Shown here piece after piece: positions 25,438-38,215 of a stretch of 64,000 bases of DNA (within the stretch, counting starts at the first letter, position 1; each line of letters begins with the position of its first letter). Source of the DNA: Podarcis bocagei (lineage: Eukaryota); assembly GCA_964188305.1 (NCBI GenBank), contig OZ076888.1, one strand, 5' to 3'. The notes below the pieces were generated by a model. It was not told the origin of the DNA. It did not search any database and saw only the letters and a program-made list of their open reading frames with translations. The position numbers were made by a program, and so were the translations under genes.

Positions 25438-25824
25438 TCAAGGGCCAACATCACCAAACATATCTTGAGATGCGTAGGTAATGTAGAGGAAGCTGTCATC
25501 ATCTTTGTTGGCTGCATGGACCTCTGAAACAGTCAGGCTCAGGCAGGGCAGGCTCTTGTTGTCCACCAGCAGGTAGAAGGCTTGAGTGGCTGTCAGGGAC
25601 AGGCGGGCCCTCAGACTGTAGACAAACTGAGACATAGATAGATCCCCTGAAACCAGGAATTTGACCCAGCTCAACTGAGGGAGTGTCTTCTCCTTCTGGT
25701 AACGCTCAAGCACCACCGGAATCTTGCTTGGATACTTCGTCCTGATATCAGTTGTTTCCTGCATCCGAGAGGCTAAACTTTTCCTCTGCTTGAATGGACG
25801 GTCATCACTCTGGAACCCCAACAT
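25438..25824 (-). CDS. Intronless MAP1LC3C-like (ATG8/LC3 family) ubiquitin-like protein, 128 aa
   Basis: RPFKQRKSLA..R, P.KIPVV.ERY..E..LP.L...KFLV, AFYLLV.NKSL and FLYITYASQDMFG align without gaps to LC3C/LC3B; ATG in good Kozak context (aagATG); scissile Gly124 followed by DVGP. No symbol given because orthology to canonical MAP1LC3C is not established. Confidence 0.88.
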   Translation of the reverse strand: MLGFQSDDRPFKQRKSLASRMQETTDIRTKYPSKIPVVLERYQKEKTLPQLSWVKFLVSGDLSMSQFVYSLRARLSLTATQAFYLLVDNKSLPCLSLTVSEVHAANKDDDSFLYITYASQDMFGDVGP

Positions 25825-26115
25825 CTTTCTTTAAAAACACAAAAGACCCTTTTCTCCCCCTCACCGGCCCTTTCCACTTCCACTCTACAGCACTAACTCC
25901 AGGCATATCTCTCTCTGTGCATGCTTTGCGTGGCACAGAATCTCATACATAAATACAGAACTTCATAGTAAAGTGCTTTTTAAATGTCCTTCAAATTTCT
26001 TGTAAGAAAAGTAAAATACTGAAAATTAAGCGGTTCTTCTGAGATTGCATTTGTTGGTTGGGGAAGAAGCAGATCAAGAGGGAATCCAGAGTTTAGTAGC
26101 GAGATAGCACCATCA

Positions 26116-26121
26116 TTTATA
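26116..26121 (-). promoter_or_regulatory. Candidate TATA box of the LC3C-like gene
   Basis: TATAAA on the minus strand about 290 nt upstream of the ATG; motif match only. Confidence 0.3.
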
Positions 26122-26249
26122 ATACAATCATCACTTTTGAGTTAACCTAGGCCTTTTTCTTTTCAATAGGCAGCCAATCTGCAGAATTTGGAACCCAGAA
26201 TCATGAGATTTTAAGCAGAACCTAAACTATATGACTAAACTATATGACT

Positions 26250-26569
26250 GCAAGAAGATCAAACGCATCCATTCTTAAGGAAATTAGCCCTGAGTGCTCA
26301 CTGGAAGGACAGATCGTGAAGCTGAGGCTCCAATACTTTGGCCACCTCATGAGAAGAGAAGACTCCCTGGAAAAGATGTTGGGAAAGATGGAGGGCACAA
26401 GAAGAAGGGGACGACAGAGGATGAGATGGTTGGACAGTGTTCTCAAAGCTACAAACATGAGTCTGACCAAACTGCGGGAGACAGTGGAAGACAGGAGTGC
26501 CTGGCATGCTCTGGTCCATGGGGTCACGAAGAGTCGGACACGACTAAACGACTAAACAACAACAACAAC
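26250..26569 (+). mobile_element. Bov-B LINE 3' fragment with (CAA)n tail
   Basis: ORF 26244..26555 gives TARRSNASILKEISPECSLEGQIVKLRLQYFGHLMRR...KSRTRLND; (AAC)n tail; TSD ctatatgact(a) on both sides. Confidence 0.93.
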
Positions 26570-29500
26570 CTATATGACTATACTCAGTCCCAACAAAAAG
26601 CCTAGATTTGAAAGGGATCTGCTAGGGTTCTCACGCAAAATCCTTTCAAGTCTGAATCTGTGGGGTTTGAGAATAGGTGACAAGAGGATGCCAGCTTTGT
26701 TTTCACAAGCGCATGCTTGTTCTGTGGCTCCATCCCCTGATGCAATCATGAGATTCGGTAACAGCAGGGGTATCAGGCCTGGTTTGAAGCCTGAGTAGAT
26801 GAAGAGAAAGGTGCTGGGAAGAAAGAGCCCTAAGGCAAAATCAAACCAAGCTGCAAGCTCTGATGTCCGCCAAAAGAAAGGAGCACATGCCCTGTGTCTC
26901 TTGTCTCTGCTCATAGCATGAGCTGCCTCCATGTAGGAGCATGTGATTTTGAGCGATCTGAAATTGCTCTGTGAAAATCGTCTGCTATCAATTACTTATT
27001 CATGTTGATTCCAACAGCTAAAAATAAACTTTTGTATACGTACTGTGATGCAGGAAGTATACCAAACAATGTGAGGGATTAAATTGAAATTTTCAGAGCA
27101 AAACTACCAATGCATAATCTGGAGAAGAAACTTGTGTGTGTTTGTGTGGCTGGAGTGTGGGTGCACATTTCATACTTTGCCTTCTGTTTGAGTATGGATG
27201 TGTGGCAACTTAGACCCACCTTTTTTTCTGAATAGATTTTCTTTCTTGATCATTAGCCTCCCCACCCCACAATACTAACTAAATTTCCCTATACTACCTT
27301 CAGCCTTGCTCAATCAGCCATAAGTTACACCATTCTCACCAATGTATCTCTGTCAAGTTGGATTATACTGGAGGAGTCTAACACATTTTTCAGTTGGGGC
27401 TGGACATCAGTATTGTTTAAGCCTGTGGGTCTGCAGAAAAGGAAATTGCAAAACATGGACTATCCTTTTCAAATCGAGAGCACTGTGGCAAATTATCTCT
27501 GTGAGAACTGAGAGCACAATCTAGAAGCCCCTGGCATTGCCACATGCAGAGATGAACACATAGGGTGCTGGCCATGCTGGAAATAACAATGCAGCTTCAT
27601 GCGTTTCTGGCATGGTAGGCACCCTCTAATTATAATTGTCACAGCAAATGCCACTACTGAAAAAAAAGCCCCACAGTGTAAGTATGCACACACAGAGATG
27701 CTGATTTCACCTTCTGAATGAAACCACTTTCAAACTTTTTCTTTAGGTGATAGGAAGGCTCATGCAGGGAGGGATATTCGCTTGGATGCACTAGCCCCAG
27801 GCCACATGGAATTTTACATACACAAATGTAAGACACATCAGATGTAATTTTTAGGCATTACAGAGCAGCCCTTTGGGAAGGGATATAGAGCCTATGCTTT
27901 GGATGTAAAAGCCTCAAGGACAATCTGGGACCTCTCTGGTAGCCTAATGGGGTAAGACCATTGCCTAAGGCCTCAGAGTGAGGTGGCTTTACATATGCAG
28001 CAAGCACTCTTTGCTCATAAATCATTTGCTCTCCCATCCCTAAGCGGACGTGTGCAAAGGAGGCAGGCTGTTAAATGAACGTTCATGAATTACTTATCCA
28101 CTGCTGTGAATTTATCAAGCCCTGTACAAGCAAGGGGACCAGGCATGTTTATAGAAACCCATTCCACCTTGTCCTTCTGATTCACTTTCCATTCTGCCCC
28201 CAAGCCATTCAAAGCCTGGAATCAAGAGAAGCCGGAAAGGTTGTTCCAGGATTAAGTGAGTAGTCTGTGCCTAGTCATAACAGAAAAGCATTTAATTGAA
28301 CAGTTGTTGGGCTGCATTAACAAAGACTACTCAAGGCACAGGAGTTATGCATCCTTTCTTTTTTTCACCTTTCTCTCCCCACCATCCAATTACCCATTTA
28401 CTTTTGTTGGGCTAAGCATGTGACAACATCACAGCATCTACAAAGCACAGATGTTGTTATGGCAATGGCAATGGCACTAGCACATGACACAAACACACGG
28501 GTTGCTGCTTGAAATGCAAAGTCTTGTCTCATGCACACCCTGGGCTGGTGGAAATTGCAGCCATTGGTTTAGAAGTCCCCACAAAGGGCTTGCCTGCAGG
28601 ATGCTCTTTGTCTGGGCTCAGCGATTGCTGGAGATTTGCAACAGGATTTCAGAAATGTCTCTCTGCATGAAGTTACAGCTTCACCTTTCCAGGCAAAGAG
28701 AATAAAGAAGGGTTCTTTTTAAGGAGAGGAACATCAATGAAGAAATGAATGTACACTAATATGAAATAATTTTCACTAGTCTACTGGGGTGGGGTGGAGG
28801 AACATGACGTGGAAGCAACAGTTTCATTATCAAGACTGCCAAGAACTCACATGGAAACCACTCTCTCTCAGCGTTTGGTTACCATTTGTAATATGTGGTA
28901 TTAACACTGGTCTGCTTTACAGGATTGTTGGAAATAAATGTTTGGGCTCCACTGAGCAGTAAACATGATTGGATTGACAAGTTCTGGTAACATCTCCAGC
29001 CCATCTGGCTCCCAATGAAGCAAGGAGCTGAGGCCTTGAAACATACAAGGCAAGGTCGCTATGAACCCAGGTTTTAAGATCAGGAGAGGCTGCCCTCTTG
29101 GACGTTCCACCTCCCTCATAAGTTTGAGGGATTGGCCCCGGAAATGACATTCTCTGTGGCACTCCCAAAGTTATGGAATTCCCACCCCACAAAGGTGCCT
29201 CTGATATCTTCACAGCTTTGCTGAAGGTGCACAACTTTCCCCCTAACCTTTGGCTTCCAAGTTGTATGTGCTTTCAACATCCACCATATTCCTGTAATTG
29301 CAATTTGTTTTTGTCATTTCTATTTCTCAATTTTAAATTGTTTAAGGTACTCTGGAACCTGCTGGCAAAGAGCGGGATATGTACCAGCTTGGCCTCCTGC
29401 TAATATTGGCTTTAAAATGCCATCTTATATCCTTTCATGATCCCTGTTCCTCACCCTTCACACAGATGCCCCGGGGACACAACTCTTACCAATGAGGTTT

Positions 29501-32500
29501 TAGACTTGGGAACTCTGGGCAAACCTTTCCTGAGGACTTGTGAGTGATTTCCTGTCATTTAGGCTTAAAAACAAAAACAAAAGTCTTTTAAAGGGATCTG
29601 TGGCTTAGTGGAGCTTAATTAAAGTCATTTCCTATAGAGTGCCCTGCTGCTTCTTTTAGTGCTGCTTGGAGAGGCTCCTTCTTCGTGCTGATAAATGAAG
29701 CAGCACAGGGCTGCTCTCTAGCTTGTTTTCTCTAGTTTGACTCCCCATGTTAGGGAATGACAAGAGGTAAACTGACATGGGACAAGTCTGCAGGCCAGAA
29801 AGGAGACTTGGCAGACCTAGCCCCTCAAGGGGGCCAAATGAAGAGCAAAGCCATTCTTTCAGCTGCACCTTCAAAGGAGGAAACGAACTGCAGACCTCCC
29901 AACGCTATCACTTCTTAGGGCAGCCTAGGCTATTACCATCTGATATATTTCCACCCACTTGGCAATTCGAGATGAAAGGCTACATAGTGCATGTACCTCA
30001 CTAAACTCTGGATTTTTGGGGAATTTGGATAAGCACGATAAACATGGAAGGGCTGAGATGGTAGATCAAACTGGATAAGTTTTTAAGAGCTCCTCAGCAA
30101 ATTCATTTAGATTAGCTTTGCAAGAGCTGAGAGGTGAATTAATTAAAAACAGAACTTTCAAACAGCATAGAGCAGGCAAGGAAAGTATCTCAAGTATATA
30201 AATTTAAACATAGGTTTAAGAAACCTAAATGGATAAAAATACATGGCTGGTGCAGGTGTCTATGAGTTAAGGTACATTATGAACAATGAAAGCAGGTAAA
30301 ATGGTGCTATAGTGGGGTTGAATGGGGAAGAATTCCATTTCCTATCACAGCATATTGGGGAAGGCAATAATTTCAAGACCTTCCCTCAGCTTCACAAGAA
30401 ATCTGGATTGCCTCATGTGACAAAATATTTGATAAAAGCATGGCAGATTTTCAACATCAGGCCTGGAAGACTGTATTTCCTTGTAACTCGCCTGTTATTT
30501 AGTAATGTTTTCGGCCTTTGGGGTAGAATCCTCTGTTCAGCTTTTGTGATTTATCTAACAATATTAGGGATAAAAGGAAATGGGACTTATAGTCAATCTC
30601 TCTATTTTTGGGCAGTGGCTTCAGAGGACAACTGCAACCTCAATGGTAATGCGGGCATTTGAATTTGAATGGACCACAAGCTTTGCCTTGTGGAACAATT
30701 TTACATGATTGTTCAAACATGGTCATAACTTGATGACTATAAAAGGAACACAAGAAGCTTCCCGGTATGAACTCCGACCATTGGTCCATCTAGCTCAGCA
30801 TTGGTGACACTGACTGGCTCTCCAGGATTTAAGGCAGAAGTTTGTCCCAGTCCTACCTGAAGATACTGGGAGCTGAACCTAGGACATTCAGCATGTAACG
30901 CAGATGCCTTGACACTGAGCTATGGCCCAGAATCAATTATTAATCTAAAAGCACCATTTGCTGTAGATGTGACTATTGCTTTAAGACAAGGAAGAGAGAT
31001 TTTTCCTAAACAGCAGATAAGGTATGAACTAAGAAATCTTTGGTTCAGATCTTAGTGTTGCCATGATTGACTGGGTGGCTTTAAGAAACCGACTCTCTTA
31101 TCAGTGTGCTGTCTTGAGTAGAGTGTTGGAATTAAGATGGTGAGTCCTGAATTCTTCCCTGCTCTTCCACAAAGGTTAGTTGGTGATGTTGGGCCCAGAT
31201 ACCTCTCTCTTTCAACCAACCAACATTACATGACAGTTGTGAAGATAAGGGGGTGAACCATGTATTACACCCTGAGTTCTTTGGTGGAAAGCAGAATAAT
31301 ACCCCACCCCCCAAATGAATACAGTCTCAGGTCTCCCAAAAATGGCAATAAGAGAATTGGTTTGTGTCCTAAGGCTGCTGTAAGGATTCGTGAGGCAAAG
31401 CCATTTAATTTCACTGCTAGATTTTATAGCAAAGGAAAATGTGTAAGGACAGAAATGCCTACCCAGATATTTAGAAAGCTAGTATAAGTTTTAATTAATT
31501 TTAGTCTACTCTATTGAGATTTTACCTTTTTGTATGCTTTAAATTATGCTTGTAATTTTCTTAGTGATAATTTTATTGTTTTATCTTATTAGTAAACCAT
31601 TCTGAGATTTATTCTACAATTCCAAAGGCTGTTGTGAAATGAGACGGCAGAAGTGTGTCAGCTGCTCTAAAGGATGGGATAAATATATCATAAATAGATT
31701 GCCATGTCTATGGAGGGTGTTCTGTTTATTCTTTCCTTTTCAAAATCCAGCTAGACATTGACACTATCCCTTCAGGGAACATAGCGAAATATATCCTGGG
31801 CTTTCTTGATGTCACCACCCCCTTTTCATTTCTAATCCCTTTTAATCCATTCCCCCCAACTAGAAAGTGAATTTGTTGGCTATTTGAGACTCCAGATGGG
31901 AATTGCTATTCAGAAAGAGAGCGCAGAAGAGCAGCGTGTATCTGCACCGTTTGTAACTCCTGGGAACATTTTGATTGTCATATTTCAGGAGCTGATAATA
32001 GACATGGCTAAATAGGATGTAATTAAAAAGCTGCATCTTCTGTCTTGAATTAATGTGGCACTTCTCCCCTAAGAACCGTAGAAATAATTAGCCTCTTCAA
32101 GGCTGAATGTTAATTATCTGCTACAAGCCCACTTTCTCTTATATAATGGGGAAGAAGCACCAACTTGGCTAGTCCATAATAACTGACTGATGAAAGTGAT
32201 AACTGTTAGGCATTCAGCTCTTTTGTCTCTAATTACTTTCTTTATCCAAGGAGATGTACAAGGATTAGACTGTTTACCTGAAGTAAAGAGATCGCTTCCT
32301 CTGCCTCCCTCTCTCAGTCTTTTCTTTCCCATTCTCTCCCATATTTACAATACAGTATTAAGCAGGTGCTACAAATCTGAAAAGATTGCAAGTCCATATG
32401 CTCAAGAAAACAGGATTCATGCTAGTGTGTTGACCAAGGGTTTGATTCTTACTTCTTTTCTGAAACTTCAGGTTCTGCTGAAAGTTATATGTTGAGAGGA

Positions 32501-32628
32501 GCCTTCCTTTTCCTACATACACACATGGCCAGGCATTAGCCATAACATCAGTACTTTTATTATCAGTTGGTTTGGAAGTTTTTGGTCTTTTAAGCCAATA
32601 TTCTGCTGAGTAAAGAGTCCTGAGTAGG

Positions 32629-32752
32629 CAGGGCTTTTTTTCCACCAGAACTCAGTTCAGGCACTTCTCAGGTGGGTTCCATTGCCATTATAAGAGAACA
32701 AGGGAGGTTTGCATGGTGAGTTCCGGTACCTCTTTCTAGAAAAATAGCACTG
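32629..32752. mobile_element. Short hAT-type MITE related to family B
   Basis: cagggctttttt / aaaatagcactg termini; degenerate 8-bp TSD tgagtagg / taagcagc. Confidence 0.6.
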
Positions 32753-34205
32753 TAAGCAGCAATGAAAGAAATGTGTTCTGAACATAATTTTTCACAATTT
32801 AAAGATATGGTGGAGTATCTTCTGTCACTCCTGCCCATCACCTATAAATTGTGCTCAGAAACGCACTTGCAGATCCATTGCAGATCCTTGGGTCCCAGCA
32901 ACCACTCCCAGCCACCACTCTGGCAGCCACATTCTGGATTCATTGTGTTTTCATGAAAGGGATGCTTTTGCATTTCTCATCCAACACAGCTGAAATCGGG
33001 AGCCACACTTGTATTTGACAGAACAGATAAATCTCATCTTACGGCCACAACACAAAGTGGTCTGGTTCAGGCATAAAGCTAAAGGATGATACCTCGATCT
33101 TTGACACAAGTGTTGAAGCTGAGTTTATTCAGTGGGTGAAGAACCCACTAAGAGTGCTCATGTAATGCTACATCTGTCATCACCCTAATGCACTTTAACT
33201 ATGACTACTTCAGCTACTAAATGTACAGTACCCACTATAAGGCATGTTGGCCTGGTTACTGCACAAAGCACAGGTATTAATACAATCCCTGCCTAGGGGC
33301 AGATAAGATGGCTTTGAAGAAGCAGCCAGGGCCAGACACATCAATAGTGGGATCAAGAACCAGTAGAGAAGGAGCCATGAAAACAAAAGATCTTGTAAGA
33401 TAAGGAGATTTTTCTTTAAGGAAAGGCTTGTTTTGTTTACTTCTTATCTAAAGGCATGAGTGTCTCTTGCCCTATACAGTACATTGCATAATTAGACCTG
33501 CTTTCCCCCATGTTGATAATGAGGATGATGAAACAAACAAAAAACTTGCACGTAGCAATTATTGTATGTAGCACTTACAACACTATACCTCAAGTAACAT
33601 AGGACTGAAACATTTTAATCTATTCTCTCCCTGCACAGGATGAAAAGAAATTGAGACTGTGCATCCTCTTCACACAGCCAATCCTGTCTCAGATTGGGCA
33701 TCCCCCACCCCACCTGACCTCTCCTCTTCTGCATCTTCCCTCTTCTCCTTGAAAAATTTCCTGTTATTTTTCCGCCTTCCTGCAACAGGATGTAACATTC
33801 ATCACAACAACAGAGTAACCTTCTAGGCAGCAAGCAAGAAGGTTGCCTTTTGTTCTCCAAATTCCTTCGTGTAAACTGGCTATCAGAAGAGAGGTTAAAA
33901 TCTGTGAAATGTGATCATCTCACTCTTTTTTCTTAGTACCATTGTGGAATGTTCAAGTGATTAATGAGTTTAGTATCTGTATCCATAATAGAGTAGTGAA
34001 AGGCATCCCTACACGTGGCACACTAATACCGTTTTTTTAAGCAGAACTGCTTTGGAAAGAAAGAGAAGAGAGGTAGCTGGGGAGGCGAAAGGTACTTTAC
34101 TCTTTCCCCATCCACCATTTCTCTATTCCAGATTCCCTGCAGATTACCACTCCTGTTTGAAATTTCAAATTGTTTGTAGCATTTTTATACCCCACCCTTC
34201 CCCCC

Positions 34206-34917
34206 CAAGGGCTGGATTTAGGTTTGATGAGGCCCTAAGCTACTGAAGGTAATGGGGCCCTTTATATGTCCAGCTGTCCTTTGTCAACCACAAATTGTCG
34301 CTTTTTTGTGTTGAATATATGCTATATGGTAGTTTATGGACCTAATAAGTATCTACACTGTAAAGCCATTTGCACATAACAAAATATGTATTTTATCAAA
34401 GTAATTGTTGAACTGAAATACAATTAAGAAGAAGTGTATTAATAGTGAAATAATTATTAAGCTCTAACTTAAAATGATTTTTTATTCATAACAAACTTAA
34501 TAATGCAAACACATTGGCATTTGGCAATAGCAAAAGTTCCTTTAGAAACATAATTGACAAAGACTCATAATCTAGTCTTTAGAAACTTGCTATTACGTGA
34601 AATAATAATAGGTGAAAAGATATGCTGCAAACTACTAATAATTATAAATAGCATAATGTAGGCACCCTATATATAGAAATGAGCAAACCAGTGATATTTT
34701 AGGGAGCAGGCTAGCAGGTGGGGCCCATTACCTACATCATAGGCACCTACACAACACAAAACACTGTTGGTGTATATAGGTTTTATTTTTTTGCTTTTTA
34801 TCTTATATTTTGGAACTGTACATCCAGGTTTTTTTCCTTTCATTTTTTGGGGGGGCCCCCCAAGAGAGTGGAGCCCTAAACTATAGCTTGTTTAGCTTAT
34901 ACGTAATTCAAGCACTG
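34206..34917. mobile_element. Non-autonomous hAT element with AT-rich interior
   Basis: Termini caagggctggattta / taattcaagcactg; subterminal ggccc motifs; flanking 8-mer cttccccc on both sides. Confidence 0.7.
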
Positions 34918-35104
34918 CTTCCCCCTGAAGGCTTGTCCTCATATTTGAAATGCTGTGAGGGATCAGCCATGATGGTGAGGCAATTGGGAGTCAGAATACA
35001 GTGATGTATGTAGGAAATAGTTAAGCGGATAGTTTAATGTTCATGTGGATAGTTATATGTAGTTTAGAAAGGTGTCTTTTGTGGGATAGTAAATATTTAA
35101 AAGA

Positions 35105-35470
35105 GGGACATGGGTGGCGCTGTGGGTTAAACCACAGAGCCTAGGACTTGCCAATCAGAAGGTCATCGGTTCAAATCCCCGCGACGGGGTGAGCTCCCGT
35201 TGCTCCGTCCCTGCTCCTGCCAACCTAGCAGTTCGAAAGCACGACAAAGTGCAAGTAGATAAATAGGTACCGCTCCGGTGGGAAGGTAAACGGTTTTTCC
35301 GTGCGCTGCTCTGGTTTCGCCAGAAGTGGCTTAGTCAAGCTGGCCACATGACCCAGAAAAACTGTCTGCAGACAAACACCGACACCCTCAGCCTGTAAAG
35401 CAAGATCAGCGCCGTAACCCCAGTGTCATCTGCGACTGGACTTAACGGTCAGGGGGTCCTCCTTACCCTT
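35105..35470 (+). mobile_element. Sauria SINE
   Basis: Colinear with the other copies from gggacatgggtggcgctgtggg to ccttaccc. Confidence 0.9.
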
Positions 35471-37139
35471 TTTAACCAAGTGCTGGGGGCAGGTTCAAAA
35501 TAGAAGTGGCAGTTTAACCCTTAGTGTAACCTATCTCTTTCTTTGCTTAGCTTATTTGGTGGGTTTCTATCTGAAAAAAGAGCATTAATTTGGTATGCAG
35601 AAGACAGCACCACCCCAGGAGGTGACATCATCTTCCCTGCTGTGTAATAATAAGTGCCAGTGCTTTGACCCTGACCCTCCCTGCTTGGCTACGCCACTGG
35701 TTACTGCCCTATTTGGAAGCTATTTTAAAACTTCCTGTTACTTTTGCTTTAATTTTCAGCCTGCAACTACTCTATTAAATTACAAGACCAAAGCAGCCAG
35801 TAAGACTAGCCACAGCAATTATATAATGTCTGTATGCAGGAAACACCCCTTAAGAGCCTAATTTGACTGCTGTTTCAATATATCCTGGCTGGGTCTAATA
35901 TGTAGGTTACTGGATTAGGTTATGTCACAGTTTGAGATGATCTGGTATCATAAATCTGCCACTTAAAACTAATTAAGTAATCATGAGTATTGTTTTCAAA
36001 AGAGGATTGAGCTAGTCATCCTCTGTTCCCATTGATACCAACAAGACTAGTTGCCACTGTAGCTAGTGTCAAAGAAGTGCTCATTTAACATGCCACTATG
36101 CTCAATTCATTTAAAAAAACCAAAACTTTATTCTAAGATTAAAATAACAGTCCAGTAAAAAAGAAAATAAAAACTTTTCTAAAATAACCCAGCTTCAAAG
36201 TACATTATCAAGCAACTCACAATAAGTTAGATGTCACAAAATAATAAATGACCTGATCCAAAGAGAATACAAAACAAATAAATACTAAATAAAGCCATAT
36301 TTCATTGGGACTTGCTATCTCCGTGACAGACTTTTCATATGAATAACAAGCAGCTGCCAAATAGAGGCAAAATCCATAGGTTTAGCTGCACTCTGAGATA
36401 CTGCTAATTTATGAGTCAATTTTTCAGAAATAAGGATAAACATGAAAAATTGATAAAAGACATTATTTGTGGTCTAAAGACACTATTATTTCAGAAATTT
36501 CCTTCACTGTCTCTTCCCAAAATTTGTACACATGTTTACAAGACCACCACATGTGCCAATAGGTTCCATTGCATTGCATTCCATCACCTCCAACACACAA
36601 GAGAACCTACTCTACGTTTATGGGCGAGACAGACTGGAATAAAAAAACAACAACTTGATTCCAGGTTATTTTTAAGAGGTTTCATTTTCCAATGCACCTA
36701 CAGTGCACTCCCAAACAAAGAAAATGAAATGAAAATAAACCCATCAAGATAAAGTCTTTGCTACCCCTTCACAGATATTAAAATTCCGATGCAATGAACC
36801 ATAAAGCTATTGTCCAGATTGCTGCTAGGTGTGGGTCCAAAAATGGAAAGCCTTCCAGGAAAAAGCAGAGGGGTGGAACTAGAAGGAAGAGGAAAGTATT
36901 ACCTGGAGACAAGACATTCCATAAACAAAAGCTCCCAGACATGAATGTTATTCCTTTTTGCCTCCAAATAGGTGTGTCTTTGTTTAGGACCACAAATGAC
37001 ATTTTCCTACACAGAGATAATATCAGAGCCAAACCATGGGAGATTTGTGACTGGCTCCCCTGACCTCAGGGCTTTATGTGAGAATATACCATATCACTCT
37101 CCCAAAAGCTACACCATGTCTTTTCAAGAGAAGTAACTG

Positions 37140-37448
37140 AGGCCTTTTTCCACACTTACCTTTTGCCTCACATTTTCCAGGCACAGGCCTGCACTTTAAA
37201 GCTCCATGTCCAAGCACTCATTCCCCCCCCCCTGGAGCTTTCCCCACAAAACCCGCTCTTTAAAGCTGAAGCGCAACAAGCAGCAGTTCAGATTTTTCCA
37301 CGGATTGCCATTTGCTCCAATTCAGTGGTAAAGTTTTCTCAGGGAAAGCTCCAGACTCAGAGCAAACAACAGAGTGCTTGGACACAGAGCTTTAAAGCAC
37401 AGACCACGCCTGGAAAGCATGGAGGACAGGTAAGTGTGGATAAGCCCC
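37140..37448. mobile_element. Old palindromic DNA-transposon relic (MITE-like)
   Basis: Inverted ends ggcctttttccacacttacct / aggtaagtgtggataagccc, with inner inverted pairs (ttttccaggc / gcctggaaa; ctttaaagctc / gagctttaaag). Confidence 0.65.
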
Positions 37449-37640
37449 AAGTCTGACCTGATTGGATACAAAACCATCCCATTTCCTCTGCCTGCTCCTG
37501 TCCAAGTTCTAGCATTGCCCGACATCTTTTTCTCCCTTAAAACTAGTCACAGGGGCACCAGTTTGGACTGGAGCTGTGGCACTGGAGGACCATTTCCTCA
37601 ACTTAAGCCATCAGACACGCAAGCTGCTATTAGCTATATA

Positions 37641-37866
37641 CAGTGGTATCTTGGGTTACAGACGCTTCAGGTTACAGACTCCACTAACCCAGAAATAGTA
37701 CCTCAGGTTAAGAACTTTGCTTCAGGATGAGAACAGAAATCGTGTGGTGGCGACACAGCAGCAGTGGGAGGCCCCATTAGCTAAAGTGGTACCTCAGGTT
37801 AAGAACAGTTTCAGGTTAAGAATGGACCTCCGGAATGAATTAAGTTCTTAACCCGAGATACCACTG
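37641..37866. mobile_element. Tc1/mariner-pogo MITE, family A copy 2
   Basis: cagtggtatcttgggtta / taacccgagataccactg; TA TSD; opposite orientation to the 5763 copy. Confidence 0.9.
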
Positions 37867-38215
37867 TATTGGGGCCGGATGAGAAAGAGAGAGATCTACC
37901 CATATCATATTTATATTTTATGCCCTCTGAAGCTCATAGTTGCTTTGAGAGGATGGAGTTTGATTGAGCAGATGGCCTAAGAAAAGGGTTTTTAAAAATC
38001 TATCCTCTCATTGCCCTATCCCCCCATCCTCAGCTGCTATTTTTAATCAAAGGAAAAGACATCAGGAAATCAAATCATGGGCCTCTCATGTCACATCTAG
38101 TTTGACATTCAGTCTTAAGAAAATTGTGTGCAGTGGCAAGTGTTTACCGAAGTGCATATTGTCATGAAGCCATTGCCAAGTAAATAAATCTTGCGTTATA
38201 AATGACAGTCTATAC

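Noticed and set aside
37425-37436. Perfect splice donor CAG/gtaagt
   Set aside because: Part of the inverted terminus of a palindromic transposon relic.
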